Assembly: GCA_965368975.1 (NCBI GenBank)
Contig: CBDUPA010000004.1
Span: 128,001 to 192,000 of the forward strand
Direction: 5' to 3'
DNA: 64,000 bases
Origin: an uncultured bacterium
Lineage (GTDB): Bacteria > Acidobacteriota > Thermoanaerobaculia > Multivoradales > JAHZIX01
In this document: in pieces, positions 1 to 7,744 of the stretch
How positions within the stretch are numbered: position 1 is the first letter of the stretch
Layout: each line of letters begins with the position of its first letter
Program-made: the position numbers and the translations under genes
Notes under the pieces: model-generated
What the model saw: only the letters and a program-made list of their open reading frames with translations
Databases searched by the model: none
What the model was told of the DNA's origin: nothing

Positions 1-290
1 GGAACAGCTCTGCCACGATGCTGTTTCCGGGTGTCTTCGTCGAGGGGCGTCTGCAACTGCAGGTGGCACAGCCAGCCGTGGTGGTGCCCGAGAGCGCGGT
101 GGTGCGGATGGACGCCGCGGACTTCGTCTTCGTGCGCCTGGGGCCGACCCGCTTCGAGGCCAGGCCTCTGCGTTTGGGTACTTCCGAACCCGGCCGCTAC
201 GCGGTGCTCGAAGGACTGCAAGCCGGTGAAGAGATCGTTGTCGAAGGGAGTTTCCTGCTCAAGTCGACGCTTCTGACGGAGGCACCGTGA
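1..290 (+). CDS. RND efflux periplasmic adaptor (CzcB/CusB-like), 5'-truncated by window edge
   Basis: C-terminal adaptor-like segment VVVPESAVV...VLEGLQAGEEIVVEGSFLLK; its stop overlaps the GTG start of the downstream RND gene. Confidence 0.85.
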   Translation, partial: NSSATMLFPGVFVEGRLQLQVAQPAVVVPESAVVRMDAADFVFVRLGPTRFEARPLRLGTSEPGRYAVLEGLQAGEEIVVEGSFLLKSTLLTEAP

Positions 291-3200
291 ACCGCTTGAT
301 CGATCTGTCGCTGCGTCACCGGTTGGTGGTGCTCTTACTCGCGGGACTGCTAGTCGTCGCCGGTATCCAGGCGTTTCGAGGTCTGCCGATCGACGCCTTC
401 CCGGACGTCACCAACATCCAGGTGACAGTGATCTCGCAGGCTGCGACGTTTTCACCACTGGAAGTCGAGCAGCTGGTCAGCTACCCGATCGAGCAAGCGG
501 TCGCTGGTCTACCGCATTCGGTCGAGGTGCGCTCGCTGTCGAAGTTCGGCTTGTCGGTGGTCACCGTCGTCTTCGAAGATGGCACGGACATCTATTTTGC
601 GCGCCAGCTGGTGCTCGAGCGTCTGATCGGTGCCCGCGATGCGCTACCCGAGGGCGTCGAATCGGGCCTCGGTCCCATCTCGACCGGACTTGGTGAGGTG
701 TTCCAGTATACGCTGGAGAGTTCCGAGCGCGATCTGATGGAACTGCGCACGCTGCAGGACTGGGTGGTGCGGCCGATCCTGCGCACTGTCCCGGGTGTTG
801 CCGGTGCCGATTCTTTTGGCGGCTACGTACGTCAGTTCCACGTCGTCGCGGATCTGCCGGCCCTGCGCCGCTATGACCTGAGTCTGGACGAATTGGTGCG
901 GGCGGTGCAGGCCAACAACGCTGTTGCCGGTGGTGCTTACATCGAGCGCGGCGGCGAGCAGTTCGTGGTGCGTGGCGACGGTTGGGTGCGCAATCAGGAC
1001 GACCTGCGCAACATCGTGGTCGCGTACCGCGACGGCGTGCCGGTCTTGCTCGAGCAGGTAGCGCAGGTCGAGGTCGGTGCCGAGCTGCGCCAGGGAGCGA
1101 TCAGTCGGGACGGCAAGGGCGAGACGGTTGCCGGCATCGTGCTGATGCTGCGCGGCGCTTCCGGCCGCGAGGTCGTCGAGGGAGTCAAAGAGCAACTCGA
1201 CGTGGCGCGCCAGAGCCTGCCGTCCGACGTCGAGATCGTTCCCTTCTACGATCGCACCGACTTGGTGCGGACTGCTCTCGGTACCGTCGAAGGGGCGTTG
1301 CTGCAAGGAGCGCTGCTGGTCGTGCTGGTGCTGCTCTTCTTCATGGGGCACCTGCGCTCGGCCCTGCTGGTGGCGTTGCAGCTGCCGCTGGCGGCCCTGG
1401 CGGCCTTCGTCGTCATGCGACTCGTCGGCTTGTCGGCCAACCTGATGACGCTGTCTGGGCTGGCGATCGCCATCGGCATGCTCGGCGACGGTGGCATCGT
1501 ACTGGTCGAGAATGCCGTGCGCCTGTTCAGTGCTGAGAGCCAGGAGAGTCGTAGTCAGCTGGTGCGGCGTGCGGCGGCGGAGGTCGTACGGCCGATCTTC
1601 TTCGGCATTGCGGTGATCGTCGTCGTCTTCCTGCCGATCGCGTCACTGCAAGGCATGGAAGGCAAGATGTTCGCACCGCTTGCCTATACCATCACCATTG
1701 CCCTCGGCTGCGCGCTGCTGCTGACGGTGACGGTTGTGCCGGCGCTGGCGTCGTTGCTGCTCAAGCGCACGCCGATTTTTGACACCGGCCGCTGGCGTCA
1801 TCCGGCGGATCTGGTGCGAGGCCTCTACCGGCCGCAGCTGCGCTGGGCTCTCGATCACCCCAAGACGGTGCTCGGCGCTGCCCTTGCATCCGTCCTGGTG
1901 GCAGGGCTCGTGGCGCCGACGCTCGGCACGGAATTCATGCCGGTGATGGACGAAGGCTCGATCGTCGTGCAGCCCTTCCAGCTGCCTTCGGTATCGCTCG
2001 ACCAGAGCCTGCGCAACGTGCAACGTATCGAGGCCGCCCTGCTCGAAGTTCCGGAGGTGATCCGAGTCGTGTCCCGCACCGGCCGCTCGGACATCGCGTC
2101 GGACCCGATGGGCGTCGGCGAGAGCGATATCTACGTGATGCTCAAACCTCGCTCCGAGTGGCGTACCGCACGCACCAAGGAAGGCCTGGTCGCGGCACTG
2201 CGGGCCCGCTTGCAGGAACTGCCGGGCATCGAGTTCGGCTATACCCAGCCGATCCAGATGCGGGTCGATGAGCTGCTGAGCGGCGTCAAGAGTCAGGTGG
2301 CGGTGAAGATCTTCGGCGAAGACCTCGACCACTTGGTGCAACTTGGCGACCGGGTCGCGAGGTTGTTGGAGACGGTGCCTGGGGCTGCCGATGTCAAGGC
2401 CGAGGCCGTCGAGGGCTTGGGATACCTCCACATCCGCATGCAGCGCCAGCGCATGGCCCGCATGGGCGTCAACGTGGCGCAGCTGCGGGAACTGATCGAG
2501 ACCGCGATGGGAGGACAGGTCGTCACCACGGTGCCCGAGGGCGATCGCCGGACCGGGGTCGTCGTCCGCTTGGCGAGGGAGTTCACGCGTCAGGTCGAAA
2601 CTCTGCGTCAACTGCCCCTGGCGACGCCGACAGGGGAACTACTGACGCTGGGTGAAGTTGCCGACATCGAGCTCACCGAGGGGCCGGCACAGATTTCTCG
2701 AGAGAGCGGCCGCCGACGCCTTGTCGTGGAATTGAACGTCGTCGGTCGGGATCTCGGTGGCTTCGTGGCCGAGGCGCAACAACGACTCGGTCGCGAAGTC
2801 GAGCTGCCCACCGGCTATTTCCTCACCTGGGGTGGCCAGTTCGAACAGCAGCAGCGTGCGATGTCGAGGCTCGCCGTCATGGTGCCGTTGGCCCTGGTCC
2901 TCATCTTCATCTTGCTGTACCTCAATTTCCACCAAGCCAAGCCTGTGTTCCTGATCCTGGTCAACATTCCATTGGCCCTGGTCGGTGGCGTCCTCGGGCT
3001 CAAACTGTCGGGGCTCTATCTGTCGGTTTCGGCTTCGGTCGGTTTCATTGCCCTGTTCGGTATCGCCATCCTCAATGGGTTGGTGATGGTCGAGTTCTTC
3101 CGCAATCGTGAGCAAGCTGGGCTGAGCCGTCGACAGGCCATCCTGGAGGCCGCTGAACTGCGCTTGCGTCCGGTGCTGATGACCGCCGCGACCACCGCTC

Positions 3201-3385
3201 TGGGACTGCTGCCGATGGTGTGGGCTCGCGGCGTGGGGGCCGAGGTACAGAAGCCGCTAGCCGTGGTCGTCGTCTCGGGTGTCGTGACCTCGACGCTGCT
3301 CACTCTCCTCGTCCTGCCCGTGCTCTACGAGCGCTTCGCTGCGACGCGCCCGGTCGAGGAAGAGGTCCGTCTTGAAGATACCTGA
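287..3385 (+). CDS. Heavy-metal efflux RND permease (CzcA/CusA family)
   Basis: 1032 aa; LPIDAFPDVTN, PLEVEQLVSYPIE, SLSKFGLS, GPISTGLGE, EGKMFAPLA and RLRPVLMTA motifs typical of HME-RND pumps. Confidence 0.95.
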   Translation: MNRLIDLSLRHRLVVLLLAGLLVVAGIQAFRGLPIDAFPDVTNIQVTVISQAATFSPLEVEQLVSYPIEQAVAGLPHSVEVRSLSKFGLSVVTVVFEDGTDIYFARQLVLERLIGARDALPEGVESGLGPISTGLGEVFQYTLESSERDLMELRTLQDWVVRPILRTVPGVAGADSFGGYVRQFHVVADLPALRRYDLSLDELVRAVQANNAVAGGAYIERGGEQFVVRGDGWVRNQDDLRNIVVAYRDGVPVLLEQVAQVEVGAELRQGAISRDGKGETVAGIVLMLRGASGREVVEGVKEQLDVARQSLPSDVEIVPFYDRTDLVRTALGTVEGALLQGALLVVLVLLFFMGHLRSALLVALQLPLAALAAFVVMRLVGLSANLMTLSGLAIAIGMLGDGGIVLVENAVRLFSAESQESRSQLVRRAAAEVVRPIFFGIAVIVVVFLPIASLQGMEGKMFAPLAYTITIALGCALLLTVTVVPALASLLLKRTPIFDTGRWRHPADLVRGLYRPQLRWALDHPKTVLGAALASVLVAGLVAPTLGTEFMPVMDEGSIVVQPFQLPSVSLDQSLRNVQRIEAALLEVPEVIRVVSRTGRSDIASDPMGVGESDIYVMLKPRSEWRTARTKEGLVAALRARLQELPGIEFGYTQPIQMRVDELLSGVKSQVAVKIFGEDLDHLVQLGDRVARLLETVPGAADVKAEAVEGLGYLHIRMQRQRMARMGVNVAQLRELIETAMGGQVVTTVPEGDRRTGVVVRLAREFTRQVETLRQLPLATPTGELLTLGEVADIELTEGPAQISRESGRRRLVVELNVVGRDLGGFVAEAQQRLGREVELPTGYFLTWGGQFEQQQRAMSRLAVMVPLALVLIFILLYLNFHQAKPVFLILVNIPLALVGGVLGLKLSGLYLSVSASVGFIALFGIAILNGLVMVEFFRNREQAGLSRRQAILEAAELRLRPVLMTAATTALGLLPMVWARGVGAEVQKPLAVVVVSGVVTSTLLTLLVLPVLYERFAATRPVEEEVRLEDT

Positions 3386-3450
3386 TCGGCGCTTTTATGA
3401 TCCTGATGAGGTGCAATAGTCCTCATTTTGGCACCTTTCAGGGATCCTAT

Positions 3451-3479
3451 TTGCCTTTTTGGGTTAAATTTAGTAGCCT
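3451..3479 (+). promoter_or_regulatory. Sigma-70-like promoter of first XRE gene (predicted leaderless)
   Basis: TTGCCT (3451-3456), 17 nt, TAGCCT (3474-3479), then 6 nt to ATG 3486; no SD. Confidence 0.55.
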
Positions 3480-3485
3480 CGATGC

Positions 3486-3926
3486 ATGCAGATGTTCGAC
3501 GGTTTGGGGCGTGCTTTGCGCTGGTTGCGCGAGAATCGACGACTGAGGCAGTTCGAGGTTGCAAAGCTGGCCGGCATTACGCGGCCTATGCTCAGTGCCT
3601 ACGAGACCTCCAAGCAGCGGCCGACTCTCGAGACGCTGGATCGCATCCTCAACGCACTGAATTGCGATCTCGGCGAACTCTTCGAGGCGCTCAGCCTGAT
3701 GTCGCCGCAGCCGACCGGGGCCTTCAGGCGAATGCCTCCGACTCCGGAGAGCGGCGTTGCCAGCCCTACGCTGCCGACATCCTCGGAGCTACGTTTCCTG
3801 CAACGAGCCCTGGAGGGGCGTGAGGCCGCCGATAGCGAGGAAGAGCAGGCATTCGCGGAGCTGCTGCGCGTCGTGTACAGGTGGTTACTATCCGTTCGGC
3901 GAGAAGCTTTACGCCCTGCGGAATAG
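3486..3926 (+). CDS. XRE-family HTH transcriptional regulator
   Basis: LGRALRWLRENRRLRQFEVAKLAGITRPMLSAYETSKQRPTLETLDRIL matches the HTH_3 pattern. Confidence 0.9.
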   Translation: MQMFDGLGRALRWLRENRRLRQFEVAKLAGITRPMLSAYETSKQRPTLETLDRILNALNCDLGELFEALSLMSPQPTGAFRRMPPTPESGVASPTLPTSSELRFLQRALEGREAADSEEEQAFAELLRVVYRWLLSVRREALRPAE

Positions 3927-4121
3927 GAGACTAGGTTCTCGGTGGTAAATCCGCCTGCAGATGCGAGACTGGCTCAAGGGGGCCTGAGTGGCATTATTGA
4001 GTCATGGAATTTTTGTCGTTTCTTGGGGCTACTTCGTCTCCCATGTTTCCTCTTGTTGCCCATTAGCGCTTCTGATACGCTCCGTGAAACTTGGCGGGGG
4101 TATAGTAGGGAGGAAACGACT

Positions 4122-4586
4122 ATGCTCCAACTCGACCGTCTCGGCCAGGCTTTGCGCTGGCTGCGATTGCATAGCAAGTTACGACAACGGGAAGTGGCCG
4201 AGCGAGCTGGGATCACCAGCTCGATGCTCAGTTCCTACGAGAGTGGCAAGAAAGCTCCGACGCTCGCGACGCTCTCGAAGATCCTACAGGCCATGGAATG
4301 CTCGTTGCTCGATCTCGTGCATGCGCTGGAGCTGGTCGACGATGGCAAGGTCTCTCCGGGAAACCGCCGAGTGGTAGGTTCGCGTCTCAACGAGCCGCGC
4401 TTGCTGCCTGCCGGATCGACCGCTTCGCTCGACCTCGATTCCATCTTCGCGGGCTCGCGTCCGCTCGACCCCGAGGAGCGCCGCGCTTTCGGCGAGATGC
4501 TCAGCGGGTACTGCCGTTGGATGCGTTTCCTGCGCGAAAGCGGCGAGCGTCTCACCAATTCCATACGCCCGAGCAGCGCGAGCTGA
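4122..4586 (+). CDS. XRE-family HTH transcriptional regulator (paralog of upstream gene)
   Basis: ATG 4122 follows GGGAGG; LGQALRWLR...LRQREVAERAGITSSMLSSYESGKKAPTLATLSKIL. Confidence 0.9.
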   Translation: MLQLDRLGQALRWLRLHSKLRQREVAERAGITSSMLSSYESGKKAPTLATLSKILQAMECSLLDLVHALELVDDGKVSPGNRRVVGSRLNEPRLLPAGSTASLDLDSIFAGSRPLDPEERRAFGEMLSGYCRWMRFLRESGERLTNSIRPSSAS

Positions 4587-4827
4587 CCTCACTCATTCCC
4601 CACTAGTCCTGACTCCGACCGTCTCGACTTCTCTTGGGGGCGCACAGCCCCGAACCCTTTCCTCCGACCTTACTTTGGCCCGCGGCGCCGGATCCGATAT
4701 CCTCTAGGCGCGCCGCGGGTCTTGTCGGCTGTGCGGCCTCTCTTCACTTTCCGTCCACTCCACCTTCCCTGAACTAGCCCTTGACGGCTCCCGTGCGGAG
4801 TCCGAGTTGTCCTTACCGAGGTTGACC

Positions 4828-5595
4828 ATGAGCCAAACTTCCCGCTGGATTGCCTATCGTAAGCCCAATCCCCAGGCCCGATTGCGCCTGTTCTGTTTCC
4901 ACTATGCCGGTGGCGGTGCGTCCGTGTTTCGCACTTGGCAGAACGATCTGCCATCCGACATCGAGGTGTGCCCCGTGCAGTTGCCCGGCCGCGAGAGCCG
5001 CTTGCGCGAGCCCGCGTTCGTCCGTCTGGCGCCCATTCTCGACGAGCTGCCGGATGTCCTGCAGCCGCTGATGGACATGCCCTTCGCCTTCTTCGGCCAC
5101 AGCATGGGCGCCATTATTTCCTTCGAGCTGACCCTGCGTTTGCGGCAGCTCGGCCGCACGTTGCCGCTGATGCTGCTGCTCTCCGGCCGCCGTGCGCCGC
5201 ACTGCCGCGAGACCGACCCGCCGTTGCACGATCTGCCCGAAGCCGAGTTCAAGGCCGAACTGATGCGTCTGGAAGGCACACCGCAAGAGGTGCTGGAGCA
5301 TCCCGAACTGATGGAGTTGTTGCTGCCGCTCCTGCGGTCCGACTTCGCCGTCTGCGAGACGTACGAGCACGACGAATCCGCTGTTCTCGATCTGCCCATT
5401 TCCGCCTTCGGTGGCCTCGCCGACCACAAGGTCGACAAGGTGCACCTGGAAGGCTGGCAGAAGTACACCAAGGGCCCCTTCAAGCTGCGCATGTTCCAGG
5501 GCAACCACTTCTTCCTCAACGGCTCGGCGCGCCATGACCTGCTGCGCGGCGTCGCTCAGGACGTTCTGCCGCTGGTGCCGGAGACGGTCGCTTGA
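4828..5595 (+). CDS. Type II thioesterase (NRPS/PKS editing family)
   Basis: LFCFHYAGGGAS, VQLPGRE, GHSMG nucleophile elbow, GNHFF catalytic His. Confidence 0.95.
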   Translation: MSQTSRWIAYRKPNPQARLRLFCFHYAGGGASVFRTWQNDLPSDIEVCPVQLPGRESRLREPAFVRLAPILDELPDVLQPLMDMPFAFFGHSMGAIISFELTLRLRQLGRTLPLMLLLSGRRAPHCRETDPPLHDLPEAEFKAELMRLEGTPQEVLEHPELMELLLPLLRSDFAVCETYEHDESAVLDLPISAFGGLADHKVDKVHLEGWQKYTKGPFKLRMFQGNHFFLNGSARHDLLRGVAQDVLPLVPETVA

Positions 5596-6419
5596 GTCCT
5601 CGGCCGCCGCAGACGTTGACCACCGACGGCAACGAGAGCTACCAGCCGGCGGATCGAGAACAGAGTTGCTGGCCGGTCGAGCCCGATCCGTCGGCTGTCG
5701 ACCTGACGCTGGGTCCCAGCGACATCCATATCTGGACCGTTCCCCTCGATCCGCCGCCGCACGTCGTTGCTCGTTTGCGTCAGCGTCTGGCCCCCGACGA
5801 ACTGCAGCGTGCCGACCGTTTCCGCTTCGACAAGCACCGCCGGCACTACACCGTCGGTCGTGGCGTCCTGCGTCGCCTGCTCGGTCTCTACCTCGGCCGC
5901 GGGCCGCAAGACGTGCACTTCCGTTACGGCGACAAGGACAAGCCCCATCTGGCGGACGATGCTGAGACCGGTCTGTACTTCAACCTGTCGAATTCCGAAG
6001 ACATGGCCCTCGTCGGTGTCACGCGTCACGGCGAGATCGGTGTCGATATCGAGCACCTGCGTCCCATGCCTGACGGCGAGCAGATCGCCGAGCGCTTCTT
6101 CTCGATCCCTGAGCGCGACGTCCTGCGTGGCGTGCCGGAAGACCAGAAACACCTCGCCTTCTTCAACTGCTGGACGCGCAAAGAGGCTTACATCAAAGCC
6201 GTCGGCGATGGTCTCTCCATGGCTCTCGACCGCTTCGACGTCACGCTGGCGCCAGGGGATCCGGCGAAGATGTTGAGCTGTGAAGGCTCGGCAGAGCAGG
6301 GAGCCGCCTGGTACCTGGAGCACCTGGAGCCCTGGCAGGGCTACGTAGGGGCGGTGTGTCTGCTGGGCAGTGGCTTCGAGCTGACCTGTCGTCAGTGGCC
6401 GGTCGACGGCGAGATCTAG
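5592..6419 (+). CDS. Sfp-type 4'-phosphopantetheinyl transferase
   Basis: FNLSNS, IGVDIE and FFNCWTRKEAYIKA motifs; start overlaps the thioesterase stop. Confidence 0.95.
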   Translation: MSPRPPQTLTTDGNESYQPADREQSCWPVEPDPSAVDLTLGPSDIHIWTVPLDPPPHVVARLRQRLAPDELQRADRFRFDKHRRHYTVGRGVLRRLLGLYLGRGPQDVHFRYGDKDKPHLADDAETGLYFNLSNSEDMALVGVTRHGEIGVDIEHLRPMPDGEQIAERFFSIPERDVLRGVPEDQKHLAFFNCWTRKEAYIKAVGDGLSMALDRFDVTLAPGDPAKMLSCEGSAEQGAAWYLEHLEPWQGYVGAVCLLGSGFELTCRQWPVDGEI

Positions 6420-6510
6420 TAGACAAGGTTCTTGCTGGGCGGAAGAGTGGCTCGATGTTCTGGGGGGATGGACATCGGCCGCTAGACAGGGTGCAGAACC
6501 CTTCTCTGGG

Positions 6511-6555
6511 TTGACAAAGATCTGTGTCGCCAGTAGATTTGTGATGCAAACTACT
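6511..6555 (+). promoter_or_regulatory. Sigma-70 promoter with overlapping imperfect palindrome (likely operator)
   Basis: TTGACA (6511-6516), 17 nt, TAGATT (6534-6539); AGTAGATTTG-TGATG-CAAACTACT (6532-6555) overlaps the -10/+1 region. Confidence 0.7.
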
Positions 6556-6574
6556 TGGTGAAACGGAGTCCGCT

Positions 6575-7174
6575 ATGAACACCTACATCGAAACTCCTCG
6601 TGACCGTATCTTCCGTGCCTACTGGCAGGATGGTTCCATCGACCTGTTCGCCGGGATAGGCCTGGCTCTCATCGGCATAGGCTGGCTGGCCGATCTCATC
6701 GCAATATCGGCGGTCTTTCCGGCGATTCTGGTGCCGCTCTGGGTCGCCTTCCGTTCCAAGCTCGTCGAGCCCCGGCTTGGGCATATCCGCTTCGATCAAC
6801 CGCGCCGCAGCCAGTTGCGCCGGGTGCACACAGGGCTGTTGATCGCGGGTTGCGTGATGCTCCTGCTGGGTATCGCCGTGTACCTGAAGTTCCGTGGACC
6901 GTTGGCCGTGGACCAGTGGTTGCGTGCGGTGGTACCTGCACTACCCGCGGTACTGGTGGGCTTCGGCGGTGTCCTGACGGGCTTCTTGATGGGGCTCCAC
7001 AGGTTCGCTCGGTACGGCATAGCCTGCATCGCCGCGGGCTTGATCGTGGCACTACTGCAAGTTGATCCTGGTTGGTCTCTGCTCGCCGGAGGCTGCGTGG
7101 CTTTGATCTCGGGTGCACTGCTCCTGAGGGCCTTCTTTCGGGACTTCCCGCTCCTACCCGGTGAGCTGGAGTAG
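6575..7174 (+). CDS. Integral membrane protein of unknown function
   Basis: 199 aa with about 6 hydrophobic segments; GGAG SD; 2 nt upstream of the wHTH gene. Confidence 0.8.
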   Translation: MNTYIETPRDRIFRAYWQDGSIDLFAGIGLALIGIGWLADLIAISAVFPAILVPLWVAFRSKLVEPRLGHIRFDQPRRSQLRRVHTGLLIAGCVMLLLGIAVYLKFRGPLAVDQWLRAVVPALPAVLVGFGGVLTGFLMGLHRFARYGIACIAAGLIVALLQVDPGWSLLAGGCVALISGALLLRAFFRDFPLLPGELE

Positions 7175-7176
7175 CC

Positions 7177-7512
7177 ATGCGAGCCTTGCAGTTCGACGCC
7201 AAGGCGGTCGCCTCGCTGGATCGTGTACTGCACGAGCCAGCGAGGCTCAGTGTCGTGGCTTGTTTGGCTCTGGTTGACGAGGCCGACTTCGTCTTCCTGC
7301 AGTCCCAGACCGGCATGACCGGCGGCAATCTCTCGTCTCACGTCAAGAAGCTGGAGAAGGCTGGATATGTCTCCATCAGCAAGGAGTTCCAGGGATCCAG
7401 GCCAAGGACTTCGCTCCAGCTCACTGCGGCAGGGCGAACCGCGTTTGCCGCCTACCTGAAGTCGATGCAGGCACTGCTTGCAGTGCTGAACGGAAAGGAG
7501 AGTGTGCAGTGA
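7177..7512 (+). CDS. Winged-helix transcriptional regulator (HTH_34/MarR-like)
   Basis: LDRVLHEPARL...DFVFLQSQTGMTGGNLSSHVKKLEKAGYV...LTAAGR pattern. Confidence 0.9.
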   Translation: MRALQFDAKAVASLDRVLHEPARLSVVACLALVDEADFVFLQSQTGMTGGNLSSHVKKLEKAGYVSISKEFQGSRPRTSLQLTAAGRTAFAAYLKSMQALLAVLNGKESVQ

Positions 7513-7733
7513 AGAATGCCGAAGACAAAAACCACGTTACGCGCACTAGGAAGGTCGGAGATCAGGTCGCCCTGGCAGTGCTATTTTTCTTCTTTGCCAT
7601 GGGTGCGTTTGCGATGAACCCGAAGGGTTGGGGACCCTTCGATTGGCTGGCGGTCAGCGCGTTCTCGCTTCTCGGGATCTGGCTGCTGGTGCGTGCTCGT
7701 CTGCAGTATCTGGACGAGCGACGGACTGGTTGA
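7509..7733 (+). CDS. Small two-TM membrane protein
   Basis: GTGA overlap with upstream stop, AAGGAG SD, two hydrophobic stretches. Confidence 0.6.
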   Translation: MKNAEDKNHVTRTRKVGDQVALAVLFFFFAMGAFAMNPKGWGPFDWLAVSAFSLLGIWLLVRARLQYLDERRTG

Positions 7734-7744
7734 GCTGAATCGAC

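Noticed and set aside
3429-3445. TGGCAC upstream of the first XRE gene as a sigma-54 promoter
   Set aside because: No GC at the -12 position (GG-N10-GG); a sigma-70-like pair fits better.
3486-4586. Prophage immunity region or toxin-antitoxin pair
   Set aside because: The genes are co-oriented, both are HTH proteins, and no phage, integrase or toxin gene is nearby.
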